A stretch of DNA of 43,990 bases from Thermostichus sp. DRC_bins_24 (GCA_039794845.1 JAUQVK010000085.1:1-43990), one strand, 5' to 3'. Shown: positions 19,938-30,330, counted from the stretch's first letter. The notes: generated by a model from the sequence alone, not told the origin. Numbers and translations are program-made.

Positions 19938-21299
19938 ATGTCTGCTCCCACTTACCACACAATTACCTTTGGCTGTCAAATGAACCGAGCCGACAGTGAG
20001 CGCATGGCCGGGATCCTGGAATCTTTGGGGTATGTGGCCACCGAAGATGAGTCACAGGCGGATTTGGTTCTCTACAACACCTGCACGATTCGGGATAATG
20101 CCGAACAAAAGGTTTATTCCTACCTGGGCATTCAGGCGCAGCGCAAACGGCAAAATCCTGCCCTGAAGCTGATCGTGGCGGGCTGTGTTGCCCAGCAGGA
20201 AGGGGAAAAGTTGTTGCGGCGGGTACCAGAGCTGGATCTGGTGATGGGGCCGCAGTACGTGAATCGCCTCGGGGATCTGCTGGCGCAGGTGGAAGCGGGG
20301 CAGCAGGTGGTGGCCACCGACCCGATTGAGATCCCGGAAGACATTACCAAACCCCGCCGCGACAGCCAGGTGACTGCCTGGGTGAATGTCATCTACGGCT
20401 GCAACGAGCGCTGCACCTACTGCATTGTGCCCAGTGTGCGTGGCCTGGAGCAATCCCGCCAACCGCAGGCGATCCGCGCCGAGATCGAAGAAATTGCCAA
20501 CGCGGGCTACCGCGAGGTGACCTTGTTGGGGCAAAACATTGATGCCTATGGGCGCGACCTGGATCCCAAAAGCAACCTGGCCGGTTTGTTGCGCTTCATC
20601 CATCCGGTTGAGGGCATTGAACGGATCCGCTTTGCCACCAGCCACCCCCGTTACTTCACCGAGGAGCTGATTGCCACCTGTGCCGAGTTGCCTAAGGTGT
20701 GTGAACATTTCCACATCCCCTTTCAGGCGGGCAACAACGATGTGCTTAAACGGATGCGGCGCGGCTATACCCACGAGCGGTACCGCCAGATCATCGATTT
20801 GATCCGCCAGTACATGCCGGAAGCGGCAATCAGTGCTGATGCCATTGTTGGCTTTCCGGGAGAGACGGAAGCCCAGTTTCAAGAAACCTTGCAACTGGTG
20901 CAGGAGATCGGCTTTGACCTGTTGAATACCGCTGCTTATTCTCCCCGTCCTGGCACACCTGCCGCCGAATGGCCGGATCAAGTTTCGGAAGAGGAAAAAA
21001 GTGATCGCCTGCAACGGCTGAACCGTCTGGTTTCCGAGGTGGCGGCTGCCCGCAATGCCCGCTTGTTGGGCCAAGTGCAAGAGGTGCTGGTGGAAGGGCA
21101 AAACCCCAAACATCCGGCGCAGGTGATGGGGCGAACCCGGGGCAATCGCTTGGTGTTTTTCCGGGGGGATCCAGAACGGCTCAAGGGATCCCTGGTGCCC
21201 GTGCGCATCACCGCCACCCGTGCTTTTTCTCTGAGCGGTGAGGCGCTGCTCCCGGATGATGGGGATCCCTCCCCGGCTGAGATTACTGCTGCCCTCTGA
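19938..21299 (+). CDS. miaB: tRNA-i6A37 methylthiotransferase; open in frame with the upstream TnpB fragment from 19662
   Basis: [33 protein letters not shown] (radical SAM), [13 protein letters not shown]-terminal TRAM domain. Confidence 0.96.
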   Translation: MSAPTYHTITFGCQMNRADSERMAGILESLGYVATEDESQADLVLYNTCTIRDNAEQKVYSYLGIQAQRKRQNPALKLIVAGCVAQQEGEKLLRRVPELDLVMGPQYVNRLGDLLAQVEAGQQVVATDPIEIPEDITKPRRDSQVTAWVNVIYGCNERCTYCIVPSVRGLEQSRQPQAIRAEIEEIANAGYREVTLLGQNIDAYGRDLDPKSNLAGLLRFIHPVEGIERIRFATSHPRYFTEELIATCAELPKVCEHFHIPFQAGNNDVLKRMRRGYTHERYRQIIDLIRQYMPEAAISADAIVGFPGETEAQFQETLQLVQEIGFDLLNTAAYSPRPGTPAAEWPDQVSEEEKSDRLQRLNRLVSEVAAARNARLLGQVQEVLVEGQNPKHPAQVMGRTRGNRLVFFRGDPERLKGSLVPVRITATRAFSLSGEALLPDDGDPSPAEITAAL

Positions 21300-22713
21300 T
21301 CTCCCCTGAACTAGGCCGGATCATCCGTTCCAAGGCCAGTTGCAGATCTTGGGTGAGCTGAGCCACCGCCTGCTTGCTCCCTTGTCGTCCCTGGCGATAG
21401 TTCTCCCACCGCTCTGTGACGGAGATGGGATCCCCGACGGTAAAGCGAACCCCACGCCAACCCAAACGGGGCCGGGCCGGATAGGCTTCTCCCTTCAGAC
21501 GCGCCAACACATCGAACAGGATCAGGGTGGTTTCCGCCAGCCGCTCAAACGAGGGCTTCTCCAAGAGATATTCTTCCCGAACCGCCACACAGCTTTCCAC
21601 CAGGCGCATGTGCTGCATTTGCAGAGTGGCCTGTTGAGCTTTCCAATCGAGCAACCCCCGCCAGAGAGGCGATAAGGAACTGGGATCCCGCAGTTCTTCC
21701 CGGTAAATCTGTGTCCAGGCGGCTTCTTCAATGCGGCGGCACCGGCCATTCCAATCTCCCTGCGCTACCGGCAAGCCGAAGTGGGTCTCCGCGATTTCCA
21801 AAGCCCGTTGGCAAACCCGGTCTAGGCGGGTGTTGAAATCCGGCGCTGCTTGCTCCTCTTCATGGCTGTTGTGGTTGGGAACATAAAACGCCTCCATTTG
21901 GGTGAGGAGGTGCTGACCCAGGCGACAGACCCGCTGAGCATAAAGGGTGTTGCGCTGCTTCTCGGCCTTGGGATCCAGCGGCTGCACCACCAATCCACTC
22001 AGGCGCTCTAGGCGTTGCAACAGGCGCTCCAGTTTTTCCCAAGAGGGATCCGTATAACGGTACTGAATGCCAACCGGCACAATCACCACTGCTTCTGAGC
22101 GGCCCGCCTTGGCCAAATCCTCCACACACCAGAAACACAGCTGCGCCGTTCCCGGTTCCAAAGGGTTTAGCCGCTCGCTATGGCCGTTGGTGGCTCCTTC
22201 TGGGGCGACTGCAAACGGAAATTGTCCGTCTATGAGCAACCGCCGTGACGCATTCAAGGCCAGCCGATCCACCCGCCGCCCCCGATGCACCGGGATCCCA
22301 CCCAAATGAGCCAACAGCCACCCCAGCCACCCACCGCCCCAGAGGGGCATCCCCCGGTCGTAGAGAAAGTGAACATGAACCGGCCACTTGAGGGGGATCC
22401 CATGGCGACGCGCCGCTTGGGGCACCAGCCGCGAGAAAAAATACAAGCCCGGCAGGGGATCATCCACCTCCACATGCCGAAACGCCAGAATGAGACGGAT
22501 CCGGCCCTCCTGAAACTGCCGGTAGAGCTGGGCCAAAGTCTCTGCACCCGTGGCCTCCACCTTGGCAATCCCGGAAGGGAGCCACCGCCGCACCCGTACC
22601 CGCAACAACAAGGGCAGGATCCCATGCACCAGCCGCAGCACCCAGGCGCTGTAAGCCTGTGGGATAAAGTCCAGGGGAGGATGAGCAAAATGGCGTGGTG
22701 GCAACGGAAACAA
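21283..22713 (-). CDS. Phospholipid/glycerol acyltransferase family protein
   Basis: FRHVEVDD (HX4D), [17 protein letters not shown]; start uncertain. Confidence 0.8.
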   Translation of the reverse strand: MFPLPPRHFAHPPLDFIPQAYSAWVLRLVHGILPLLLRVRVRRWLPSGIAKVEATGAETLAQLYRQFQEGRIRLILAFRHVEVDDPLPGLYFFSRLVPQAARRHGIPLKWPVHVHFLYDRGMPLWGGGWLGWLLAHLGGIPVHRGRRVDRLALNASRRLLIDGQFPFAVAPEGATNGHSERLNPLEPGTAQLCFWCVEDLAKAGRSEAVVIVPVGIQYRYTDPSWEKLERLLQRLERLSGLVVQPLDPKAEKQRNTLYAQRVCRLGQHLLTQMEAFYVPNHNSHEEEQAAPDFNTRLDRVCQRALEIAETHFGLPVAQGDWNGRCRRIEEAAWTQIYREELRDPSSLSPLWRGLLDWKAQQATLQMQHMRLVESCVAVREEYLLEKPSFERLAETTLILFDVLARLKGEAYPARPRLGWRGVRFTVGDPISVTERWENYRQGRQGSKQAVAQLTQDLQLALERMIRPSSGEIRGQQ

Positions 22714-22761
22714 GACTCTTTCGAGATCAGAATCAGAGGATCGACAGCATCCAGACAGCCT

Positions 22762-24360
22762 CTAACTTAAAGTGGCCACGGGCTGAGCGTCCGCTAAGAG
22801 TTGTTGAGTTTGCAAATCCATGACGGTGGCCAACAGCCGCCGGGATCCATCCACGGCAAATTCGATGCGGAGGCGATCTTCTCCGGCGCGGCCAGGGGGG
22901 GTAAGGCGGGCCAAACAAACGGGTTCAGGAGCCGCTCCGGGATTTGGAGCTTTGGCAAGGGAACGAAAATCCGTTTGGCGGGTCAGCTGACGGCTGCTCA
23001 TGCGTCCCAACTCGTCGTAGATCACCTCGGACTGCGCCACCTGGGCTACTTCCCCCACATCCAGCCGAATCTCCGTCTGGCCATCGTTGGCCACCTGCAA
23101 AATGAGGGGATCCGGTCGCTGACAGGGGTAGGGACTGCCCCGTTCGAATAGGGGGTAGTAGCTGTAGCTTTTTTGTAAGGGATCCCAGAGGCGAATCGCA
23201 TAGCTGTGGTGCAGATGATCCTCCAGCTTCACCTGGCGGCCCAGTTGCAACGCCCCAAGGGCAACGGAATCAAACGGGCGCTCACATTTAACCCGTTTTT
23301 TGCCGAAATAGGAGCGGATCAGATCCTGTACCACCGGCAGTTGAGAACTACCCCCCACCAACAGCACCTGCTCAATTTGGTTTTTGCCAAATCCCTTAGC
23401 TTGCGCCGTCAAGAGAATGTCATCCAGGCAGTGGCGGATTTGATCCAGCATCTGGTGACTTTCCAGAATCTCTTCCAGCTCCTGCCGATCCAGCTTCAGC
23501 TCGTAGGCGACCAGGGCATCGTCGTCAAACCAGCTGCCCATGGCCTCAGATTGGTCGGAAAGGGTGATCTTGAGCTGTTCTGCTCTCTCCAACAGGTTGA
23601 GCCAGCCCAGGGATCCGACTTGCGCCCGTGTGAGGCCCAGTTGCTCCAACAGGTACTCGGCAATCCAGATGTCGATATCCAGCCCCCCCACATAGGCATC
23701 TGCCTTGGCGATCACCTCCGCCTTTAGGGCGGGGGATCCCGCTTGCGGGGCAAGGATGCGCACCAGGCTGAGATCTAAGGTGCCACCGCCAAAATCCACC
23801 ACCAGCACCACGGCCCCCGGTTGAGTGACCGCATAGCCCAGGGCAGCGGCTGTTGCTTCATCAACAATTTGAATCGGATCCCAGCCCAGGGAGCCGGCCA
23901 CGGCGCGAATCCAACTCAAGTAGCGCTCGAAGGATCCCACCGGAGCGGTGAACACCACCTGTTGTGGTTGCCCTTGCTCCTTCTGAACGGCGGCCATCAC
24001 CGCTTGCAAAAAGGCTTGGGCGATGGTTTCTGCGTCGTAACGCTGTCCATCCAACAAACGGGCCGGAGGAACAAAATCTGCCACCAATTCCCGCTTAAAC
24101 CCCTGAAACAACCGCTGCGGATCCACCGCCCCCCAACGGCCCGAGCGCACCGTTTCCCCTACCAAAATCTGGTCGGATCCCTTGACAAACACCAAGCTGG
24201 GAATCACCGAGTGGGCTTGCCACCGACGGGACAGACCCGGAAAGGTAAGGATGCGCGGGGCCTCCTGGACGGGATCCCAACAACAGACGACGGTATTGCT
24301 GGTGCCAAAATCAATGGCCAGGGTTGTGGCAGCAGCAGCGGTTTTTTTCGGAGCAACCAT
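22762..24360 (-). CDS. Hsp70-family protein with a shortened C-terminus
   Basis: AIDFGTSNT, DEATAAALGY, VVDFGGGTLD, LVGGSSQLP; ATG 24360 overlaps the upstream stop (TAATG). Confidence 0.88.
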   Translation of the reverse strand: MVAPKKTAAAATTLAIDFGTSNTVVCCWDPVQEAPRILTFPGLSRRWQAHSVIPSLVFVKGSDQILVGETVRSGRWGAVDPQRLFQGFKRELVADFVPPARLLDGQRYDAETIAQAFLQAVMAAVQKEQGQPQQVVFTAPVGSFERYLSWIRAVAGSLGWDPIQIVDEATAAALGYAVTQPGAVVLVVDFGGGTLDLSLVRILAPQAGSPALKAEVIAKADAYVGGLDIDIWIAEYLLEQLGLTRAQVGSLGWLNLLERAEQLKITLSDQSEAMGSWFDDDALVAYELKLDRQELEEILESHQMLDQIRHCLDDILLTAQAKGFGKNQIEQVLLVGGSSQLPVVQDLIRSYFGKKRVKCERPFDSVALGALQLGRQVKLEDHLHHSYAIRLWDPLQKSYSYYPLFERGSPYPCQRPDPLILQVANDGQTEIRLDVGEVAQVAQSEVIYDELGRMSSRQLTRQTDFRSLAKAPNPGAAPEPVCLARLTPPGRAGEDRLRIEFAVDGSRRLLATVMDLQTQQLLADAQPVATLS

Positions 24361-24920
24361 TAGCTCAACCCTCCCGGCAAAGAGCGGCTCACTTTGGCGG
24401 GACAGAAAATATGCCCCCCCCGGCGATAGCCGACAAAGCGGATAAACACCGGATCCCCCGGTTGAATATCCGGTTGATCCGGCTGATGCAGTTGCGGCTC
24501 GAAGAGCACCGATTCTAGGGGGCTGCCGATGGGTTCGCACCCCCAGTGCTGGAGCAGGGCATCCAGAGAGCGGAATAGGGCCGTGACATTCTGGGCCGGC
24601 CAGTCGGGCTTGCGCTGGGCAATTTGGCGAATGGTGGGATAACCGGTGAGCAACGGTTGCAGCAAGGAGAACATTGCCTCATCAGGGGCAGCAGGAGATC
24701 CTGCCCCCTCCTCCAGCTTCAGCAGGGATCCCAAATCCCACTGTAAGGCCAAGGCTGCCATTCGCAGCTGGTGCAAGCGCAGGGATCCCCATTCCCCTCG
24801 GCGCAGGTGATCAATGACTCGCCGACTCACTCCCGCTTGGATTTGCAGAGCTCGCCAGGAGGTAATGCCGACCGTCTGCATCCGTTCTAACAACAGCTCA
24901 TCCAGAGGTTGCTTGGCCAT
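24360..24920 (-). CDS. XRE/Cro HTH fused to a GrpE-like C-terminal domain
   Basis: N-term GITSWRALQIQAGVSRRVIDHLRRG (HTH-like); C-term WGCEPIG...FEPQLHQ...VGYRRGGHIFCPAKVS (GrpE beta-domain-like). Confidence 0.7.
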   Translation of the reverse strand: MAKQPLDELLLERMQTVGITSWRALQIQAGVSRRVIDHLRRGEWGSLRLHQLRMAALALQWDLGSLLKLEEGAGSPAAPDEAMFSLLQPLLTGYPTIRQIAQRKPDWPAQNVTALFRSLDALLQHWGCEPIGSPLESVLFEPQLHQPDQPDIQPGDPVFIRFVGYRRGGHIFCPAKVSRSLPGGLS

Positions 24921-25039
24921 TGTTGACCCTAATTGACCCTATCTTAATTTTCTGAGTACCAGTGCTGGGGTAGGGAGTATGCCTCTTTCGTCACTCTAGG
25001 CAGAGGAGAATAGGATTGAGGTAGACATCCAAGACCATC

Positions 25040-25232
25040 GGGATGAATTTACAGCCCTTTACGCCTAGGGCACGCTGGCGCGTTCGCCCATGGCGGCCCA
25101 TAGGGCATCGCTAGTTACATGTAACAACCGTGGAAGTTGAGATCCACCCCCCAGGGCTAAAGAAGCACAAGCCCTGCCGTAGAAAACCCGCGTAAGGGCT
25201 GTAGCTTCTGCTGCAACCTATCGATTCATCCC
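25040..25232. ncRNA. Candidate structured RNA or MITE-like element, ~193 nt
   Basis: GGGATGAAT(25040)/ATTCATCCC(25232); TACAGCCCTTTACGC/GCGTAAGGGCTGTA; several inner hairpins. Confidence 0.45.
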
Positions 25233-25423
25233 TCGCGATTTCAACTCCAACATGTCTTAGTCTGCTCTGGTAAGGAATGCAAAGAAAACGCTAAAAACTG
25301 TCACGAGATCCCTCGAAAAAGCCTTGGGGATGGCGATATCCTGAAATTAGGCAGCAACAGATATCCAATGCAAAGCTCGGCCGTGGCTTGCCAATCGGTT
25401 GGTTACCGGGCGCAAGGGTCAAC

Positions 25424-27571
25424 ATGGAAAGGCGGTCTTTTCTTCAAAAATTGATCTGGGTTGCTGCTGGTCTCGGTGTGCCCCCAGGCTGGATGGCATG
25501 GCAGTCGCGGCGCTACGGACAGGCTTTGGCGGCTGGCTCCCGCAAGCTGGCCTTGTTAATCGGCATTAACCGCTACGGCGAGGGATCCCTGTTGCAAGGG
25601 TGCGTGACGGATGTGGAATTGCAACGGGAGCTGCTTTTGCATCGCTTTGGCTTTGCTCCTGCAGACATTCTCACCCTCACCGACGGAGCGGCCACTCCGA
25701 GTGGACTGGAGGCAGCTTTTGCCGAGCATTTGGGGGGCCAAAGTCACACCGCTGAAACGGTGGTGGTGCAGTTTAGCGGCCATGGTCAATGGCGGCCGGG
25801 ATCCGAGAATCGGTTGCAACCAGTGCTGCTGCTTTCGGGCTCTGAGGGCGCTGCGGCAATGGAGCTGGCGGCTTTTTTTCAGCTTTTGGATGGCTTAGGC
25901 ACATCTCATCTCACCACTCTGCTCGACTGTGGCTTCACCCATACTGCCCCTTCTTCGCGGGGCAACTTGCAACTGCGGTCCCGTCCTGCGGTTGTTCCCA
26001 AAGGGATCCCCTTGGCGAACTCCTCCGACACAGCTGAGCCGAGACCACCCCGCTGGTGGCCCTCTCCTCCCAAGGGGTTGCTCATGGCCGCCACGACCCC
26101 CCAAGATTTGGCTGCAGAGGCCCGTTGGCCGGGGTTTTATGCCGGGGTGCTCACCTACCTGCTCACCCAGTATCTGTGGGAAACCCTCCCAGCAACTCGC
26201 CTAGCGGTGGCCTTCAATCAAGTAGCCAGTCGGCGGGAACTGGGAATGTTTGCCTGCCAACGCCTCGCCCTTGAGGGCAAAGACACCGCTCGCCGCATCC
26301 CCCCCTATTTCGTCACCCCTGCTCAGGCGGGAGCCAGTGGGGTGATCCAAGAGGTGAAGGGCAATCGGGCACAGGTGTGGTTGGGAGGGATCCCGCCATC
26401 GGTGTTGTGCGGTCTACAACCGGGCACACTGTTGACTCCTCTTCCTGCTGAGTCCTCTGACTCTTTTCAGGAGGCAGCCAATGTCCTCGACCCGCTGGTG
26501 ATTCGCTCCCGGAGCGGCCTGCTGGCTCAGGCGCAGCCCACCAATTCTGACAGCCCGTTGCCTCCCGTCGGCACCCTCTTGCGGGAACAGGTGCGGGGCC
26601 TCTCCCACTCCCTAAAGCTTTTGGTCGGCTTAGAAGACAACCTCGGTCGTATCGAAAAAGTAGACATCACCAACGCCATCGCCAGCTTCAGCTGGATGGA
26701 AACCGCCAACCCACGCGAACGACAGGTGGATTGCCTGTTGGGCCGCATCACCCCGGAAATGGCAAGGGCTTTTCAAGCGGATACTTTCCCAAAACCCCTA
26801 GAGGTGAACAGCTACAGCCTCTTCTGGCCTGGACGAGAATTGGTTTTGGATTCCTGCGGCCCCGTGGGAGAAGCCGCCGCCGTGGCCGTGCAACGGTTGG
26901 CCCCGCGTCTAGCCCATCTGTTGGCGGCCAAACGGCTACGCACCACCTTGAATGCTGCCACGTCTCCGCTGGCTGTGGTGGCGGAATTGGATTCTAGGGA
27001 GAAAACCCCTTCTCTCGCCGCACGCCTGACTCAAGCCATGGCCACGACTCCCCCCGAGTTGGGGATGCAGCACTTTATGCGCGGGGATCCCTTACGCTTA
27101 ACCCTGCGGAACAACGGCGAGCGAGATCTGTTCGGCTACCTGTTGATGATCAATCCGACCGGGCAGCTGCACCTGTTGGCCCCGATGCCCCAGGAGAATT
27201 TCACCCTGCCCCTGCGGGTAGACGCCAAGAGCAGCCTGGTCTTGCCCCATTTGGGCACTCCTGGCACGGAGACGGGTTCGGCCGGCAGCGTGGATCTGTT
27301 GACCTGCAACCCCCAGGGTCTGACGGAATTGCTGTTTGTGGCCAGCACCCGCCCCCTGCAAGCCAGCCTGGAAGCCCTCAAAACCATGGCCCACAAACTG
27401 GGGGTCACCCGTTCGCCGATGCTACTCAACAGGCCACTGGAGTGGATACAAATTCTGATGGAGGAGCTGACCACGCGAGCTGCCGAATCCTTTGGCGGCG
27501 GCGATCCCGACTTGCGCTTCTTGGATCCCGCCCAATCCACCACGCTCTCCCTCACCTACACGCTGGTGTAA
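25424..27571 (+). CDS. Caspase-like (peptidase C14) protein with Tat signal and DUF4384-like C-terminal domain
   Basis: MERRSFLQ twin-arginine motif; KLALLIGINRY, LQGCVTDV, QFSGHG, LLDCGF; GDPLRLTLRNNGERDLFGYLL. Confidence 0.82.
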   Translation: MERRSFLQKLIWVAAGLGVPPGWMAWQSRRYGQALAAGSRKLALLIGINRYGEGSLLQGCVTDVELQRELLLHRFGFAPADILTLTDGAATPSGLEAAFAEHLGGQSHTAETVVVQFSGHGQWRPGSENRLQPVLLLSGSEGAAAMELAAFFQLLDGLGTSHLTTLLDCGFTHTAPSSRGNLQLRSRPAVVPKGIPLANSSDTAEPRPPRWWPSPPKGLLMAATTPQDLAAEARWPGFYAGVLTYLLTQYLWETLPATRLAVAFNQVASRRELGMFACQRLALEGKDTARRIPPYFVTPAQAGASGVIQEVKGNRAQVWLGGIPPSVLCGLQPGTLLTPLPAESSDSFQEAANVLDPLVIRSRSGLLAQAQPTNSDSPLPPVGTLLREQVRGLSHSLKLLVGLEDNLGRIEKVDITNAIASFSWMETANPRERQVDCLLGRITPEMARAFQADTFPKPLEVNSYSLFWPGRELVLDSCGPVGEAAAVAVQRLAPRLAHLLAAKRLRTTLNAATSPLAVVAELDSREKTPSLAARLTQAMATTPPELGMQHFMRGDPLRLTLRNNGERDLFGYLLMINPTGQLHLLAPMPQENFTLPLRVDAKSSLVLPHLGTPGTETGSAGSVDLLTCNPQGLTELLFVASTRPLQASLEALKTMAHKLGVTRSPMLLNRPLEWIQILMEELTTRAAESFGGGDPDLRFLDPAQSTTLSLTYTLV

Positions 27572-27595
27572 GGGGGGATGGGCCAACCCTCCCCC

Positions 27596-28267
27596 TTAGC
27601 TCAGCAACAGAGCGAAGAGACCACAGAGGGCGATGCCATCGAACACTCCTGCTCCCCCAATGCTGAGAATGCCGGAACAATTGCGCTGCAACACCTCTGG
27701 TAAGTGCAGCAGGTCTGCCCCGATCACCGTGCCCAACACCCCACCGGCAAAGGCAACGGCTGGGGCCTGCTCTCCGGCAATGAACCAGGCAACCAGGGCT
27801 GCTGTGGCTGGAGCAATCAGGGGGTTCATCTGAATGCCGATCCCCGGCACCACGTGGGAGGCGAAATAGCTCACCAGGGTCACCAGCGCCGTCACCGCTA
27901 GGATCAGCCCGACATTGGCCCGGCCCAACTGGTACAGTGCCAAAACCACCGGGATCAACCCCCCCCCGACATTCAAGGCAATCACGGTTTCTTGGGGCAT
28001 TTTCACCAACGGGATTCCCCAAAACTGCCGCATCCACAGGCTGGCCAAATCCTCCACCACCGTTACCTCGCACTCCACCCGGTAGAGGGGGATGTTGATC
28101 GGGCTACCCACCAGCACCGCCAGCAGCAACAGCAAGGCCACATCCCGGGAAAACCCCAACTTGGCCACCGCCAGCGCCACCACATCCACCGCCAACCCCA
28201 ACCACAGCAGGGGCAGCAGCAGCAACAGCACCACAAACAACAGCAGCGAGACGGGCAGGTAGAACAT
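27596..28267 (-). CDS. DUF1614-family membrane protein
   Basis: GSPINIP, IALNVGGGLIP, GTVIGADLLHL, SIGGAGVFDGI. Confidence 0.85.
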   Translation of the reverse strand: MFYLPVSLLLFVVLLLLLPLLWLGLAVDVVALAVAKLGFSRDVALLLLLAVLVGSPINIPLYRVECEVTVVEDLASLWMRQFWGIPLVKMPQETVIALNVGGGLIPVVLALYQLGRANVGLILAVTALVTLVSYFASHVVPGIGIQMNPLIAPATAALVAWFIAGEQAPAVAFAGGVLGTVIGADLLHLPEVLQRNCSGILSIGGAGVFDGIALCGLFALLLS

Positions 28268-28367
28268 CGTCAGGATCCCTTCTGGGGCAGGCCGTTTTGT
28301 CGGTTCAGGCGTGGGATCCCGGTCGGAACCCCTTTGTCTTCCAGCCTATCAGGTCAGGATCCCTCGA

Positions 28368-29297
28368 TTACCGTGGCCGCATTTGCGGATCCAGGGCATC
28401 CCGTAGCCCATCCCCGACAAAGTTGATGCTCAGCACCGTCAAGAAAATCATCAAACCGGGGAAAAAGGCCATGTGAGGAGCCTGTTCGAGATAATCGCGG
28501 GCATCAAACAGTAACCTTCCCCAAGTCGGTGTATCCGGCGGGAAGCCGAGCCCCAAAAAACTCAAGGTGGACTCGGTGATGATCGCCGTTCCCACCGACA
28601 AGGTTGCCGCCACAATCACCGGACTGAGCACATTTGGAAAAATATGCACCCAAATCAGGCGATGGGCGGGGGCCCCAATCGCTCGACCCGCTAAGACGAA
28701 ATCCATCTCCCGCACACTCAAGAAGCTGGCCCGCACCAGCCGCGCCACCGACATCCAATTCAAGCTGCCGATCACCAGCACCATCAGCATGAAAATCCCC
28801 GTTTCCGGCCCCGCCAACCGTCGCAAGCTCTCCCGAAACAGAAAGATCACCATCAACAACACCGGCAACTGCGGCAAGGAAAGAAACAAATCCGTAAAGC
28901 GCATCAGGGCCACATCCAACCAGCCCCCATAAAACCCCGAGATCGCCCCGATCAGGGTACCGGCTGTGATCGCCACCAGCATCGAAGTGATGCCCACCGA
29001 TAGGGAGACCCGCCCCCCCCGCAGTACCCGCGCCAAGACATCCTGCCCGAGATCGTTGGTGCCAAAGGGATGCGCCCAGTTGGGGGGCATTTGGGAGCGG
29101 GAGAAATCGATCTGGCTGTGGGAAGCGGTGTAGACCAGCGGGCCAAACACACAGGCCAAGACAATTGCCAGCAGGGTCATGGCCCCAAACAGCGCCAACT
29201 TGTCCCGGCGGAAACGGCGCCAGGCATCTCCCCACAACGTACGCGGCGGACGTTCTGGCACAGCAGCTTGGGAGGGAGCAGGGATCGAGGCAGACAT
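28368..29297 (-). CDS. Peptide ABC transporter permease (DppC/OppC type)
   Basis: HPFGTNDLGQDVLARVLRGGRVSL, ESTLSFLGLG, GDGLRDALDP. Confidence 0.93.
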   Translation of the reverse strand: MSASIPAPSQAAVPERPPRTLWGDAWRRFRRDKLALFGAMTLLAIVLACVFGPLVYTASHSQIDFSRSQMPPNWAHPFGTNDLGQDVLARVLRGGRVSLSVGITSMLVAITAGTLIGAISGFYGGWLDVALMRFTDLFLSLPQLPVLLMVIFLFRESLRRLAGPETGIFMLMVLVIGSLNWMSVARLVRASFLSVREMDFVLAGRAIGAPAHRLIWVHIFPNVLSPVIVAATLSVGTAIITESTLSFLGLGFPPDTPTWGRLLFDARDYLEQAPHMAFFPGLMIFLTVLSINFVGDGLRDALDPQMRPR

Positions 29298-29314
29298 GGG
29301 AAAACTCTCGCAAG

Positions 29315-29368
29315 GATGAAACCATTCAGATGAAACCACTCAGAAGCGGGATTCAGAAGCGGGATCCC
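29315..29368. repeat. Two adjacent tandem duplications (14 bp and 13 bp)
   Basis: GATGAAACCATTCA/GATGAAACCACTCA then GAAGCGGGATTCA/GAAGCGGGATCCC. Confidence 0.8.
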
Positions 29369-30330
29369 TAGCGGGTATACTGCACCCGCGGATCCAAAAT
29401 GCCGTAGAGGATATCCGCCACCAAGTTGAAGATCACGATCAAAATGGCGTAGATGAAGGTGATGGCCATGACTACGGGTGTATCGCCCCGAAAGATGGAG
29501 TCCACCAGCAAAGCCCCGATCCCCGGCACCCGAAAAATTTGCTCCGTCACCAGCGCCCCCGTAAACACCGTCGGAATATCCAGGGCCACCAGCGTCACCA
29601 CCGGGATCAGAGCATTGCGCAGAATATGCCGGTTCACCACCACGAAGTTTCGCAAGCCCTTAGCCTTGGCGGTGCGGACATAGTCGCGGTTCATCTGCTC
29701 CAACATCGAGGCCCGCACAAAGCGCATCAACACCGCCGCCTGAAACAACACCAACACCATCACAGGCATGATCGACTGGCGCACCTGAGCCAGAAACGTG
29801 GCCCAATTCGTCACCCGCAGCGTGCTGTTGTAGATGAAGGGGAACCAGCGCAGCTGCACACTGAAAAGAATGATAAACAAAATGCCCGTAAAAAAGGTGG
29901 GCAAGGAAAAGCCAATAAAGGCCAGGGTTGTCACCACCTGATCGAAGAGGGTGTAGCGCTTCAGAGCAGAGATGACCCCCAAAGGCACCGCCAGCAACGC
30001 GCCGATGAGATACGCGGTCCCGACAACCCAAAGGGTGGTGGGCAGCCGTTGCAAAATTAAGTTCACCACGGGGCTACGGCTGTTAAAAGAAAAACCCATA
30101 TCCCCTCGCATAAAGGCCCACAGCCATTTCACGTAGCGGATGTAAATGGGTTGATCCAGCCCCAGAGAGCGGCGAATGTTCTCCCGCACCTCTGCCGTAA
30201 TGGCCGGGTTGGTGGCAAATTCCGCCATCGGATCCCCAGGGGCCAAGGCGAGAATGGCAAACACCACCACACTGATGGCCAGCAATGTGGGAATGGAGAT
30301 GAACAAGCGGTTAATCAGGTAGCGGGTCAT
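29368..30330 (-). CDS. Peptide ABC transporter permease (DppB/OppB type)
   Basis: LAPGDP, LGLDQP, DYVRTAKAKGL, HILRNALIP, YGILDPRV. Confidence 0.93.
   Translation of the reverse strand: MTRYLINRLFISIPTLLAISVVVFAILALAPGDPMAEFATNPAITAEVRENIRRSLGLDQPIYIRYVKWLWAFMRGDMGFSFNSRSPVVNLILQRLPTTLWVVGTAYLIGALLAVPLGVISALKRYTLFDQVVTTLAFIGFSLPTFFTGILFIILFSVQLRWFPFIYNSTLRVTNWATFLAQVRQSIMPVMVLVLFQAAVLMRFVRASMLEQMNRDYVRTAKAKGLRNFVVVNRHILRNALIPVVTLVALDIPTVFTGALVTEQIFRVPGIGALLVDSIFRGDTPVVMAITFIYAILIVIFNLVADILYGILDPRVQYTR

Noticed and set aside
20052..21113. 353-aa antisense ORF, and similar long shadow ORFs (33074-33922, 28504-29325, 15741-16520)
   Set aside because: Antisense or alternate-frame shadows of well-supported GC-rich genes, with no motifs
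24361..24540. N-terminal extension of the Hsp70 ORF
   Set aside because: Overlaps the HTH-GrpE gene; the TAATG coupling supports ATG 24360
29315..29368. Possible mini-CRISPR array
   Set aside because: Repeats are 13-14 bp with no spacers, and there are no cas genes; no CRISPR array seen in the window
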